DNA of 64,000 nt from NCBI GenBank assembly GCA_902784345.1, contig CACZUD010000004.1, positions 4,495 through 68,494 on the forward strand. The letters run 5' to 3'. Made by a program: the position numbers and the translations under genes. Shown here piece after piece: positions 1-10,208 of the stretch; the stretch's first letter is position 1; the number at the start of each line of letters is the position of its first letter. Source of the stretch: an uncultured Pseudomonadota bacterium (GTDB lineage Bacteria > Pseudomonadota > Alphaproteobacteria > Rs-D84). Under the pieces are notes generated by a model. It ran no database searches. It had not been told where the DNA came from and saw only the letters and a list, made by a program, of their open reading frames with translations.

Positions 1-2
1 TA

Positions 3-1148
3 GGGTCTGATCCAAAATTGTTGGCTTGTGTTTGTGATTCTACGTCTGCAGAAAGACAAACCCCACAGACAACAGAAGTTCAGGTTCGCGAAACGCTGAC
101 CGAAATTATGAAGAAAGCCCCTGGGCGCGTTCTGGTTACCGGTTATTCACGCAGTTTGGCGCGTATCAAGATGTTTTCAGAAGCTGCAAAAGCATCGGGC
201 AGGGTAGCTTGTATCAAAGAACGCAGCAATCCAAACCCCGTTCCTTATGTTGGATTGCCTGAATTCCGCGAAATGGGTATTGAAGATGGTTATTTGAACA
301 AAGACGACGTTTACACTTTCGACGAAATCAAAGATTTGCCAGCTGAAAAACAGGCGATATTCTTGACTGGTTCTCAGGGTGAAAAGTTCGCTATGTTGAC
401 CCGTCTTTGCAACGGCCACGTGAAAGAATTAAAGTTGTTGCCAACTGATACTGTCGTTTTCAGCGCAATTATTATTCCAGGCCGCGAACAAGATGTTTCG
501 TATCTTTATAACAAACTGGCACGTATGGGTATCAAAACTTATACTATATTCGATACGGACAATTTGCATGCGTCTGGGCATGCGGGTCGCCCTGAATTTG
601 AAAGATTCTATGATTTGGTACACCCACAGGTTTCAATTCCAATGCATGGCGAATATATTTCTGAAATGCTGAACGGTAAAATGGCGATGGAACGCGGTGG
701 CGCTAAACATATGATGTTGGTTCATAATGGCGACATTATCGCCCTGAAAGACGGCACAGAACCATATGTTTGTGAATCTATCCCAACAGGTTTTGTCGTT
801 ATGGAAGGAGAAACAGAACGCAGTGCGAACGATCCTGTGTATAAAACGCGTAAGAAAATCGCTTCGAACGGTGCAATATTCGTTACATTGCCTGTTGACA
901 AGCGCGGATTTCTTAAAGGTGTACCAGAAGTTTCCAGTGCTGGCATCTTTGAATCTGACGATACAGGTTTTATGAAACGGCAAATTCAAATCGAAATCAC
1001 AAATGCGATTGATAAATTAACAAAAACCGAACGCAAGAATCGTGATAATTTGTATAAAGCTGTTCAGGTTGCTTCGAACAAGGTTGTTCGTGCATCACTG
1101 GGCGCAGATAAAAAACCACAATACAGCGTTCATTTTGTCCAAAAGTAA
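3..1148 (+). CDS. rnj: Ribonuclease J, 5'-truncated by the window edge
   Basis: CDST, TGSQGE, IPG, HASGHA and PMHGE motifs of the beta-CASP metallo-beta-lactamase RNase J; frame open to the window start. Confidence 0.93.
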   Translation, partial: GSDPKLLACVCDSTSAERQTPQTTEVQVRETLTEIMKKAPGRVLVTGYSRSLARIKMFSEAAKASGRVACIKERSNPNPVPYVGLPEFREMGIEDGYLNKDDVYTFDEIKDLPAEKQAIFLTGSQGEKFAMLTRLCNGHVKELKLLPTDTVVFSAIIIPGREQDVSYLYNKLARMGIKTYTIFDTDNLHASGHAGRPEFERFYDLVHPQVSIPMHGEYISEMLNGKMAMERGGAKHMMLVHNGDIIALKDGTEPYVCESIPTGFVVMEGETERSANDPVYKTRKKIASNGAIFVTLPVDKRGFLKGVPEVSSAGIFESDDTGFMKRQIQIEITNAIDKLTKTERKNRDNLYKAVQVASNKVVRASLGADKKPQYSVHFVQK

Positions 1149-1158
1149 AAAAAGAAAG

Positions 1159-1182
1159 ACCGGTCAAACGACCGGTTTTTTT
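1159..1182 (+). terminator. Intrinsic terminator after rnj
   Basis: ACCGGTC-AAAC-GACCGGT followed by a T run. Confidence 0.75.
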
Positions 1183-1320
1183 AAATACAATTTAACTTTA
1201 ATAAGAAAATATATTTTATTGATACAACTGAATAATTTTAAAAAAATCACAATTGTCAGCCCCGGCTTTTTTGATGTATTTTTATGAATAAAAAAGCCGG
1301 TAAAATACCGGTTTAATTTT

Positions 1321-1397
1321 TGGCGCACCCAGCGGGAGTCGAACCTGCAATCTTTGCCTTCGGAGGGCAACGCATTATCCAGTTGTGCTATGGGTGC
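1321..1397 (-). tRNA. tRNA-Arg(CCG)
   Basis: Cloverleaf GCACCCA...TGGGTGC-G-CCA; anticodon arm TTGCC-CT CCG AA-GGCAA; T-loop GGTTCGACT; upstream TTGATT...TATAAT promoter. Confidence 0.95.
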
Positions 1398-1617
1398 AAT
1401 ATGACGAAATTATACACAAAGCCAACAAAAAAATCAAACATATATTAAACGGTTCGCCTCTTGGCTCTTGATATACAATAACCAAAATCAGAAAAATTTT
1501 GTAAACTTCAATTTTTTAAGATTTTGCTAATTGTCTATCTGCGGACTCGCTCGGCATAAATGCCTGCGCGGCAATCGTAACGATTTTGGTGCGCGATGCT
1601 TCCAAAATCTACTGCTT

Positions 1618-1678
1618 GTCGAACCTGCAATCTTTGCCTTCGGAGGGCAACGCATTATCCAGTTGTGCTATGGGTGCA
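1618..1678 (-). repeat. Exact 61-bp duplicate of 1338-1398: 5' 60 nt of tRNA-Arg(CCG), truncated in the T-loop
   Basis: Direct sequence identity; no 3' T-stem, acceptor strand or CCA follows. Confidence 0.92.
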
Positions 1679-1693
1679 TACATGCATTCTATA

Positions 1694-2446
1694 TTATTTT
1701 ACCCGAACTTTCAATATTTGTTTGCGCAAAGTTTCAGGAAGAAACCGAATGTACGTTTCTGCAAAGACAGATAATAATTTCACACTCAGATTGTTTATAT
1801 CTACATCTTTTAAGATACCATTGAATTTATTTATATCATATCCGTACATTTTTGCATCTTTCATAATTATAAAGTGCGCCACAGATGCATATTCAAAAAA
1901 GACAGAATCCAAATCTAAAATGGCAAACACATCGTCTTTTTCGTCTAAAATAATATTTTTTGCATGCAAATCAGTGTGACACAACCTTTTTTCCGACGGG
2001 TTTAACATAGATACAGCTTTGCGAAAAACGCTTGAAAGCAGCGGGGCAGAAATCTGTTCAAGATCATTATATGGAATATTTTCAATTTTGTGAGAAATAT
2101 CAAAAATTTGGCGATAAACATTGTCTAATTTATCCCCGGTCAAACCTTCTTGTAAGCGTTCGTGTAAAGTTTTTCCTGAAATAAAAGGGTAAGTTTCGCA
2201 ATAATATTCACCACAATTGTGTATTGAAATTCGTGGGGCTTTGATGTCATAAGTTTCTAAAATTTTGCTTGCCTTAAAATTGTGTTCTGCAACTGCTTTT
2301 TTTGAAAATCTGCATACATATTTACCTTTCGGGCGTTCTGCAATATATACAGCATGAATCATCCCAGAAATTGTCGGTTTTATGACTGCAATAGCGTCAG
2401 GAAAAATCTGTTTTATGCTTAAAAAATATTTGTCTTGTTTTTTCAT
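1694..2446 (-). CDS. Aminoglycoside phosphotransferase/choline kinase-like (APH family) protein
   Basis: Brenner motif CHTDLHAKNI and downstream ILDLD. Confidence 0.75.
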   Translation of the reverse strand: MKKQDKYFLSIKQIFPDAIAVIKPTISGMIHAVYIAERPKGKYVCRFSKKAVAEHNFKASKILETYDIKAPRISIHNCGEYYCETYPFISGKTLHERLQEGLTGDKLDNVYRQIFDISHKIENIPYNDLEQISAPLLSSVFRKAVSMLNPSEKRLCHTDLHAKNIILDEKDDVFAILDLDSVFFEYASVAHFIIMKDAKMYGYDINKFNGILKDVDINNLSVKLLSVFAETYIRFLPETLRKQILKVRVK

Positions 2447-2449
2447 TTT

Positions 2450-3521
2450 TTACAGCGCCAACATCGCCAGCATAAAATCGTCTAAATCACCGTCCAGAAC
2501 CGCCGCAGAATCCGTCTTTTCCACATTCGTACGAACATCTTTGACCAATTGATACGGATAAAGAACATAGTTTCTTATTTGGCTGCCCCATTCAATTTTC
2601 TTTTGTGCTGCTTTGGCCGCATCTTCTTCTGCTGCACGTTTTTGCATTTCTTGTTCGTACAGTTTAGAACGCAACATTTTCATTGCCATTTCTTTGTTTT
2701 GAATCTGACTGCGTTCGTTTTGGCAAGTAACAACTGTATTCGTCGGAATATGAGTAATACGAACCGCTGAATCGGTCTTGTTAACATGCTGGCCTCCTGC
2801 GCCAGACGCGCGATAAGTATCTATGCGCAAATCTTTTTCATTTATTTCAATTTCTATTGAATCATCAACATCCGGCCAGACATCTACAGAAGCAAAACTG
2901 GTTTGACGCTTTCCATTTGCATTAAAAGGCGATATGCGAACCAATCTGTGAACACCAATTTCGTTTTTTAACCAACCAAACGCACGTTCGCCAGAAATTC
3001 TGAAAGTAATACTTTTAATTCCGGCAACATCGCCGGGGTGCTCTTCGACAACTTCTATTGCAAACCCGTGTCTTTCACACCAACGAGTGTACATGCGCGA
3101 TAACATTTGCGCCCAATCTTGTGCTTCTGTGCCACCTGCGCCAGATTGAATAAATAAAAAGGCACCATTATTGTCCATTGGACCACTAAAAAGCGTTATG
3201 AATTTAGCTTTGTGGGTGGCATTTGCTAATTCGTTTATGGCATTATTAATATCGGTATCTTCTGGTGATAATTCGTACAAATCAACCAAGTTTTTATATT
3301 CACTTTCCAAATCGTTTAATTCGGTCAGTTGTTTTTCAAGATTAGATTTTTTCTGCAATATACCACGCGCATAATCTGGATTATCCCACAAATCAGGCGC
3401 GTTAGAAACTTCTGTCAATTTATCGATTTCAGATTGTAATTTTTCCGGGTCAAAGAAACCCCCTTACGGCAGAAATGTCGTCAGAGATTTGATTTAAAAT
3501 ATCATTACTAACCATTACCAT
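2450..3521 (-). CDS. prfB: Peptide chain release factor 2 with programmed +1 frameshift
   Basis: SPF and GGQ motifs; short upstream frame (ATG 3521 or 3515) ends AGG GGG TTT CTT TGA C; ORF track shows only the downstream part. Confidence 0.96.
3449..3464 (-). promoter_or_regulatory. prfB autoregulatory frameshift site
   Basis: Internal SD AGGGGG, 3-nt spacer, then CTTTGAC: the canonical RF2 cassette. Confidence 0.95.
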
Positions 3522-3636
3522 ACTGTGATTTTATCAATTTATTTGTTCAATTCAACTTTTTTTATTTTTTGATGAAACTTTTATTGCGTTAGATTTCTAA
3601 ATATGATAAAATATTCATAACAGAGAGGGATTTTTC

Positions 3637-4884
3637 ATGAAAAAAAGTTTATTAACTTTCGGTTGTATTAGTGCATTTTTAATGTCCAGTGCGGCAATGG
3701 CAGTATCTGCCGGAACCACCACGAACAATGGCGGACGCGCCACAATCTATACAACTTCAACAGGGTATTCAAATGCTGGATCGCGCGGTCAAAACGGTGT
3801 AGTTAATGCATATATTCAAAATCAACGAAACACTTATTTCATGATAACACAACCTGATGTTGATACGGCATGTCGTCAAAAAATTATGAATTGTTTGACA
3901 GATTATTGCGGCGATACGACTATTGTCCCTGGAAAAACATCTGGTCGCTGCATGTATGCAACAGAAACAGAATTGTATAACTATGTTTTGCTTTGCCTGC
4001 AAAAAGACACTTCTATTTTATTGCCACAATACAACACAATTACTAAAAACGGTTCTGGTGGTATGAATACCGCTGCACGTCTTTGTCCTTCTTATGTTCA
4101 ACAAGAATTGATGTCATATTTATCAATGGCAAACATGGCAGATAAATTAACAAAATCTCATTCTGATTTATGTGTTCAACGTCGTCGTGAATTAGAGGCC
4201 GCTATGGCTTGTCATTCTGTCGCGTTGGCATACGGAAACGAAACCAGCAGTATGTTAACATCTCAATTAACAGATTACTGTGGCGCTGGTGTTGCAGGCG
4301 GTTCCGCTGAAATGGTAACTCGTTTTGCAAATGCTGGTAATGTTGGTGCAAACATTTGGGGTTGGGCTGAAAAAATTGTAAATTTGGATTTGAATAACAA
4401 AGGTACAAATTGGGAAGCCGCAGTTGATGCTGTCTTGGCCAGTTATACAAATCGTATGAATCTGGCATGTGGTGATAATTTACAATTAAATACAGTATCT
4501 CACCCAACAACAACGAATACAACTCCGGGATTACAAACAGCTGCTGCACTTGTTGCAACTGCTGCTTTCCCAACTGCATCGGGGTCGACTGCTGAAAAAC
4601 CGGGCGATTGGAGTGTTTATATGGAAGTAACTTCCATGTCTGAAATTTACAATTATGCAACGGCAAATCAGGTAGTTAATGCAGGACTTACAAACAATTC
4701 TTTGACACAAAATTCTTTTTTAACTTCTTCACAAATGGATAATATGAAACGCGCGTATGAAAAGGGTACAAAAGTATTCATTATTCGCGATAGTTCAAGA
4801 TGTTTTACTGTTCCAGTGTCGCCATTAACACAAACAGAACAATCGATACTTGCACAATCTTTTGCTAATTGTATAAGCAGATAA
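3637..4884 (+). CDS. Exported Cys-rich hypothetical protein
   Basis: Signal peptide ending AAMA; CRQKIMNCLTDYC...GRC motif; SD GAGGG. Confidence 0.75.
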   Translation: MKKSLLTFGCISAFLMSSAAMAVSAGTTTNNGGRATIYTTSTGYSNAGSRGQNGVVNAYIQNQRNTYFMITQPDVDTACRQKIMNCLTDYCGDTTIVPGKTSGRCMYATETELYNYVLLCLQKDTSILLPQYNTITKNGSGGMNTAARLCPSYVQQELMSYLSMANMADKLTKSHSDLCVQRRRELEAAMACHSVALAYGNETSSMLTSQLTDYCGAGVAGGSAEMVTRFANAGNVGANIWGWAEKIVNLDLNNKGTNWEAAVDAVLASYTNRMNLACGDNLQLNTVSHPTTTNTTPGLQTAAALVATAAFPTASGSTAEKPGDWSVYMEVTSMSEIYNYATANQVVNAGLTNNSLTQNSFLTSSQMDNMKRAYEKGTKVFIIRDSSRCFTVPVSPLTQTEQSILAQSFANCISR

Positions 4885-4887
4885 ACG

Positions 4888-4908
4888 AACCGCCATTATG
4901 GCGGTTTT
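4888..4908 (+). terminator. Intrinsic terminator (ACCGCC/GGCGGT family)
   Basis: AACCGCCA-TTA-TGGCGGTTTT. Confidence 0.75.
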
Positions 4909-4959
4909 AAATTACAACTTTTCTTGAAACAGTGTCATTTTTTTGATATAATAGTTCGT

Positions 4960-6141
4960 ATGAAATTATCACGCAGACAACTTTTAAAAACAGTCAGTTT
5001 CAGCGCACTGGTCGTTGGTATTGCGCCACGCGTGGCTTTTTCTGCACCTAATGCTTTGCGTTCTGTTCGTACGGGTTTACAGCCCGGTGGAAAAACACGT
5101 TTGGTAATCGAAACATCTGCGCGTCCGTCCTATGATTTGTCTTATGGTGATAAACAATTAATTGTTAATTTATCAAACACATCTGGCAGTTCGTCTGTTC
5201 AACCAAAACTGGCAAACGGCACGATGATAAAGCGCGTAACACAAATTCAAGACGGCACTAAATTACAGGTGTCTTGCGCATTATCTGGACTGATAGATGC
5301 AATAGATAAAAAACAAATTATGATATTGGAACCAAATGGTGATAATGATTATCGTTTGGTCATAGATTTTGCTTCTGGAACGGGGCGCGGAATAAATGGA
5401 ACTGCAACCACGGCGACAGCAACCAAAAACGAACAAAAAACAGAAACAAAAACAGCAAATAAAACCCAACGTATAATCGTAATTGACCCCGGTCATGGCG
5501 GCAAAGATCCAGGGTGTACAGGTAAAGCAGGAACACAGGAAAAAACTGTTGTTTTATCTGTTGCAAAAAAACTAAAAAACAAACTTGATTCAAACGGATA
5601 CAAAACATATCTGACGCGTTCTAACGACACGTTTTTGAAACTGGCAGATCGTGCAGAATTTGCAGAAAAAAAACATGCAGATTTATTTATTTCATTGCAT
5701 GCCAATGCGAACCCAAGTCGTGATATGAAGGGGTATTCAATTTATACTTTGTCTGAAAAGGCATCTGACGAAGAAGCGCAAAAATTGGCAGATTCTGAAA
5801 ACGCCGCAGATAAAATTGACGTAGACGGATTCGAACAGTTTTCTAAAGATATTCGTGTTGCACTTTCCGCATTGCAACAACGTGCTGTTGCAGAATTAAG
5901 CGAAGAATATGCAAATGGATGTGCAAAATGTATGAATCGTGCATCAATCGAACAACAAAAGGGGCCCGCTGTTCGCCATGCGCCATTCGCAGTATTGCGT
6001 TCAACCGTACCAGGGGCCTTGATTGAATTAGGGCACCTTTCGAACAAAAAAGAAGAAAAACTTTTAAAATCAGATTCCCATCAAAACAAATTAGTTGATG
6101 CAATCGTAAAATCGGTAAATGCTTACGATTTTGATGTATAA
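4960..6141 (+). CDS. amiC: N-acetylmuramoyl-L-alanine amidase (AMIN + Amidase_3), Tat-exported
   Basis: SRRQLL twin-arginine signal; IDPGHGGKDPG, SLHAN and LIELG motifs; start re-assigned to ATG 4960. Confidence 0.9.
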   Translation: MKLSRRQLLKTVSFSALVVGIAPRVAFSAPNALRSVRTGLQPGGKTRLVIETSARPSYDLSYGDKQLIVNLSNTSGSSSVQPKLANGTMIKRVTQIQDGTKLQVSCALSGLIDAIDKKQIMILEPNGDNDYRLVIDFASGTGRGINGTATTATATKNEQKTETKTANKTQRIIVIDPGHGGKDPGCTGKAGTQEKTVVLSVAKKLKNKLDSNGYKTYLTRSNDTFLKLADRAEFAEKKHADLFISLHANANPSRDMKGYSIYTLSEKASDEEAQKLADSENAADKIDVDGFEQFSKDIRVALSALQQRAVAELSEEYANGCAKCMNRASIEQQKGPAVRHAPFAVLRSTVPGALIELGHLSNKKEEKLLKSDSHQNKLVDAIVKSVNAYDFDV

Positions 6142-6191
6142 TTTTTTATAATTGCTTTTTATTTCTAAATATATATAATTTCTTTCACAAC

Positions 6192-6282
6192 GGAGATATG
6201 GCAGAGCTGGTTGAATGCGCGCGACTCGAAATCGCGTATACAGGCAACTGTATCGAGGGTTCGAATCCCCCTATCTCCGCCA
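6192..6282 (+). tRNA. tRNA-Ser(CGA)
   Basis: GGAGATA...TATCTCC-G-CCA; anticodon arm CGCGA-CT CGA AA-TCGCG; long variable arm. Confidence 0.95.
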
Positions 6283-6365
6283 CAAAAATCAAATACCCTT
6301 TTGGGTGTTTTTTTTGTGCATTTATTCTTTTTGTATATTAAAAAAATTGATTTATAATAACAACC

Positions 6366-6713
6366 ATGAAAGGTTTTTATGAACAAGTTTATGATTTAGT
6401 AGATAGAATTCCTGCGGGAACGGTTACAACCTATGGTGATATTGCAAAAATGTTGGGGCGTCCGCGTGCTGCGCGATTTGTGGGATACGCAATGAATGCA
6501 GTATGCGAAACAGATAATCGCCCATGGCATCGTGTTACTTTTTCTGATGGACGTTTATGGGACGGTCAATGGGAACGCGTACAACGCAAACTGTTAAAAG
6601 CCGAAGGTGTCGGTTTTACAAAAGACGGCCACATAGACGTAAAAAAATATCGGTGGCATCCTGAATCAGAAAACTCACCGATAGATTTACGCGATTTGCC
6701 ATTAAAATTTTAA
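6366..6713 (+). CDS. Alkyltransferase-like (ATL/YbaZ, MGMT family) DNA-binding protein
   Basis: IPAG..TYGDIA, R.VG and PWHRV (Trp replaces the catalytic Cys, as in ATL proteins). Confidence 0.88.
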   Translation: MKGFYEQVYDLVDRIPAGTVTTYGDIAKMLGRPRAARFVGYAMNAVCETDNRPWHRVTFSDGRLWDGQWERVQRKLLKAEGVGFTKDGHIDVKKYRWHPESENSPIDLRDLPLKF

Positions 6714-7435
6714 GATCTTTTGTGTTTTATCTTTTCAAAAATCTTTTCTTCTGGCAAATCTCTAAATGTCAAATACCAAGTTTGAACATCAAGATTTTTA
6801 TCGTGATTATTTATCCGTTTTTGTAATTCTTCATTTGTTTGTGGTGCTGTTTCTACAACGGCTCTGCCTGGTTTCCAATCAGCAGGTGTCGCAACTTTGA
6901 AAGCATCTGTGGTCTTCAGTGCAATTAGTATGCGTTTTATTTCTTTTAAATTTCGTCCTGTGGTTTGTGGGTAATACAGAATAGTACGAATTATTCCACG
7001 CGGATCGATTATAAAAACTGCGCGCACAGTTTTAGTATCTGAAGCATGTGTGTGTATCATACCGTACATTTTTGCGACAGTTAAATCTATATCTGCAATT
7101 ACAGGAAATGTGATATCTACATTTTTCCAATCTTTAAATTTTATCTCGTTATATATTGACCGAAACCACGCCAGATGTGATGGTATTGAACCTACTGATA
7201 AGCCGATTATTTCTGTGTCTAATTCTTGAAATTCATGAATCATGGATTGAAAAGATATAAATTCTGTAGTACACACAGGCGTAAAATCCATAGGATGCGA
7301 AAACAAAATTACCCAATGTCCGTTGTAATCATCAGGAAAATTTATCGGTCCATTTGTAGTGTTTGCGACAAATTTTGGTGCAGCATCTCCAATAAGAGGC
7401 ATTTTTTCATATTCGTTTATAATTTCTTCTTGCAT
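6710..7435 (-). CDS. Peroxiredoxin (1-Cys/Prx6-type)
   Basis: FSHPMDFTPVCTTE, TVRAVFIIDP, YP.TTGRN and TPADW motifs. Confidence 0.92.
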   Translation of the reverse strand: MQEEIINEYEKMPLIGDAAPKFVANTTNGPINFPDDYNGHWVILFSHPMDFTPVCTTEFISFQSMIHEFQELDTEIIGLSVGSIPSHLAWFRSIYNEIKFKDWKNVDITFPVIADIDLTVAKMYGMIHTHASDTKTVRAVFIIDPRGIIRTILYYPQTTGRNLKEIKRILIALKTTDAFKVATPADWKPGRAVVETAPQTNEELQKRINNHDKNLDVQTWYLTFRDLPEEKIFEKIKHKRS

Positions 7436-7577
7436 TTTTGACTCCTTTTACATGTCCTAATTTTACCTGTATTCTGGACTTTTTTATATAAGAGCCTTTT
7501 CTTAATTGATAATTTGCTTTATTTTTTATAAAATATGGTATCATTAGTAAAAAGAATTAACAAAAGGGTGATTTATT

Positions 7578-7856
7578 ATGAAACGTTCGGACGTTATCAG
7601 AACATTACAAGTGCAATTTAAAAACATGCGTGCATCTGATGCCACGGCAATGTTAGATTGTGTTATGGAAGAAATGAAGAACGCTGTTGCAAACGACAAT
7701 CGAATAGAAATTCGTGGTTTTGGTACTTTTCAACCACGCAAACGCGCAACAAAAAAGGGTTATAACCCAAGTACTGGCGAAACAATGTTTTTGGACGCTA
7801 ATAAAACCATTTTGTTTAAACCAAGCCGTGAATTAACAAAAAAAATGAATGGATAA
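7578..7856 (+). CDS. HU/IHF family DNA-binding protein (IHF-beta-like)
   Basis: RIEIRGFGTF...GYNPSTGE...FKPS signature. Confidence 0.88.
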   Translation: MKRSDVIRTLQVQFKNMRASDATAMLDCVMEEMKNAVANDNRIEIRGFGTFQPRKRATKKGYNPSTGETMFLDANKTILFKPSRELTKKMNG

Positions 7857-7859
7857 ATT

Positions 7860-9599
7860 ATGTCAAGGGGAATTACAAATCATAACCGCGATAAATATGA
7901 ACGCGTTCGCAGATTGATGTGGATAAAATGCGAAGCCTGTGGTCGTTTGGTTTATTATAAAGATTATAAAAGCAATCAATACGTTTGCCCGAAATGCGGA
8001 CGCGCATTTATAATGACACCTAAACAAAGATTTGATTTACTGTTTGATGATATAAATTGGCAAAAATTTGATTTACCGGTTGTAACAGATGACCCGCTTA
8101 ATTTTGTCGACAGAATTTCATATAAAGACAGATTACAAGAAGCACGAGAAGATGCTGGCACAAACGATTCTATATCAACCGCGGACGGCAAAATAGGCGG
8201 TATAAATTCTACTGTGTGCGTTATGAATGGCGACTTTATGATGGGGTCTATGGGACGTGCAGCAGGTGATGCAATTATCGCAAGCATTGAACACGCAATA
8301 GAATTAAAACAGCCTTTTGTTATTGTTACTTGCAGTGGCGGTGCACGTATGCAAGAAAACATTTTGTCGCTTATGCAGATGGCACGTACCACGGTTGCAG
8401 TTAACAAATTACACGAAAATAAATTGCCGTATATTGTGATTTTAACAGACCCAACTTTTGGTGGTGTAACAGCTTCGTTTGCAATGCTTGGCGATGTACA
8501 CATCGCAGAAAAGGGCGCACGTATTGGATTTGCAGGACGTCGTATTATTGAACAAAATATACATGAAAAATTACCGTCTAATTTCCAAACGGCGGATTAC
8601 TTGTACGATCATGGTATGGTTGATATTGTGGTTAATCGTTCTGAATTAAAAGAAACATTGGAACGCGTTTTGACCGTGTTAACAAAACAGCCCGCAGAAC
8701 CAAAAGTTATTGATGTAAAGACACCTAAGTTTGATACACCAAAGAAATCGCGTGATACGGGCAAAACACCAGAATATGACAAAGTTTTATTGGCAAGAAA
8801 TGAAAACAGACCTCATTTCTTGGACTATGTAAATGGTATTGTGGATAAATGGACTTATCTTGCCGGCGACAGGTGTTTTGGTGAAGATGCCGCTATGGGT
8901 GGCGGAATAGGTTATTGGTATGGAATACCGTCTGTGATTATCGGGCAAGAAAAAGGACGCACTATTGAAACCCGTCAAAAACACAGATTTGGAATGTCAA
9001 ATCCAGAAGGATACAGAAAAGCACAACGTTTGATGAAATTGGCCGAAAAGTTTGATTTACCATTGATTTCTTTGTTCGATACCGCAGGTGCTTTTGCTGG
9101 TGGCGCCGCAGAAGAACGCGGACAATCTCAAGCTGTCGCATCTACAATAGCGATGGGGTTACGTGTAAAGACGCCTTATGTCGCTGTTAATGTAGGTGAA
9201 GGCGGTTCTGGTGGGGCAATCGCAATTGGCACTGCTGACAGGGTTATGATGCTGGAAAATTCAATTTATTCAGTTATTGCACCAGAATCTTGTGCCAGCA
9301 TTTTGTGGAAAGACAACAAATTTAAAGCCCAAGCAGCTACCGCATTAAAATTGACAGCACGCGACATGGCATCATTAAATGTAATAGACAAAATCATTAA
9401 CGAACCAGCGGGCGGGGCGCACAAAGACTGGCAAACAACAATGGAATTGTTGGCTAAATCAGTAGCAGATGCGCTGAACGAATTGCGCGAAATTCCGGTT
9501 GAAGAATTGATACCAATGCGCGCCAAGAAATTTTTAGCGATGACACGTGATGTTGAAATATTTCAGCCTGGTCCTACATCCGAAGAAAAACAGGTATAA
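7860..9599 (+). CDS. accDA: Fused acetyl-CoA carboxylase carboxyltransferase beta-alpha (AccD-AccA)
   Basis: N-half: CxxC...CxxC zinc finger, GSMG, SGGARMQE, PTFGGVTASF. C-half: GDR.FGED, FGM.NPEGYRKA, GEGGSGGA. Confidence 0.92.
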   Translation: MSRGITNHNRDKYERVRRLMWIKCEACGRLVYYKDYKSNQYVCPKCGRAFIMTPKQRFDLLFDDINWQKFDLPVVTDDPLNFVDRISYKDRLQEAREDAGTNDSISTADGKIGGINSTVCVMNGDFMMGSMGRAAGDAIIASIEHAIELKQPFVIVTCSGGARMQENILSLMQMARTTVAVNKLHENKLPYIVILTDPTFGGVTASFAMLGDVHIAEKGARIGFAGRRIIEQNIHEKLPSNFQTADYLYDHGMVDIVVNRSELKETLERVLTVLTKQPAEPKVIDVKTPKFDTPKKSRDTGKTPEYDKVLLARNENRPHFLDYVNGIVDKWTYLAGDRCFGEDAAMGGGIGYWYGIPSVIIGQEKGRTIETRQKHRFGMSNPEGYRKAQRLMKLAEKFDLPLISLFDTAGAFAGGAAEERGQSQAVASTIAMGLRVKTPYVAVNVGEGGSGGAIAIGTADRVMMLENSIYSVIAPESCASILWKDNKFKAQAATALKLTARDMASLNVIDKIINEPAGGAHKDWQTTMELLAKSVADALNELREIPVEELIPMRAKKFLAMTRDVEIFQPGPTSEEKQV

Positions 9600-9601
9600 A
9601 G

Positions 9602-9628
9602 AAAAACCGCCAGTATGGCGGTTTTTTT
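9602..9628. terminator. Bidirectional terminator
   Basis: AAAAACCGCCA-GTA-TGGCGGTTTTTTT between convergent genes. Confidence 0.8.
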
Positions 9629-9630
9629 AT

Positions 9631-10113
9631 TTAATACAACTTCTGTTTTATCCAAGCACGAATAATATCTTTTATTTTTATATTTGGGTACATTTCTGTT
9701 ATTTCTTTTTTGTTGCGACAATATTCTGACAAAGCCATTCTAAGTATTTTTCGATTTGAAACTATACGTCCTATTTTTATTTCTTTTGCGCCGCATTGGT
9801 AAACACCATAATAATCACTACATCTTTGTTTAATTACTTGCCCTTTGGGTTCAACTTCATATATTACTGATGATTTTGCCTGAAAAATTAATTTCCAAAG
9901 AACTGCATCAAATGCATTGTCAGTAAAATGAATTATGGGCATTTCGACCCTTATCGGCAAACGGCCTTTGAATTCTTCTGTTGCAGAAATTTGTGTGCCA
10001 CAAGGTATTGATTCAAACTTTTCTAAATTATATTGTCTTTTTATAAAGCAAGTGAAGGGGAACCCACGCCCAACAATTTTATAATATTTCTGTGAATCTG
10101 TTCTGTTTTTCAT
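9631..10113 (-). CDS. Hypothetical protein, possible ADP-ribosyltransferase (Arr-like) fold
   Basis: 160-aa ORF with SD GAGGT; IHFTD...AVLW...IYEVEPKG recalls Arr-type ARTs (inference). Confidence 0.55.
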   Translation of the reverse strand: MKNRTDSQKYYKIVGRGFPFTCFIKRQYNLEKFESIPCGTQISATEEFKGRLPIRVEMPIIHFTDNAFDAVLWKLIFQAKSSVIYEVEPKGQVIKQRCSDYYGVYQCGAKEIKIGRIVSNRKILRMALSEYCRNKKEITEMYPNIKIKDIIRAWIKQKLY

Positions 10114-10208
10114 TGCCTTACCTCTGCAACATCAATATAGTGCAAAAAACAATTTTGTCAAACACAAAAACAATAAAAAAAACACCGTCCAAAAGGACGG
10201 TTTAGATC

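Noticed and set aside
1262-1313. Long inverted repeat CCGGCTTTTTT...AAAAAAGCCGG
   Set aside because: Overlaps the tRNA-Arg terminator hairpin; no evidence for a separate element
1531-1979. Three overlapping + strand ORFs
   Set aside because: Antisense to the tRNA fragment and the kinase gene; no recognisable protein features
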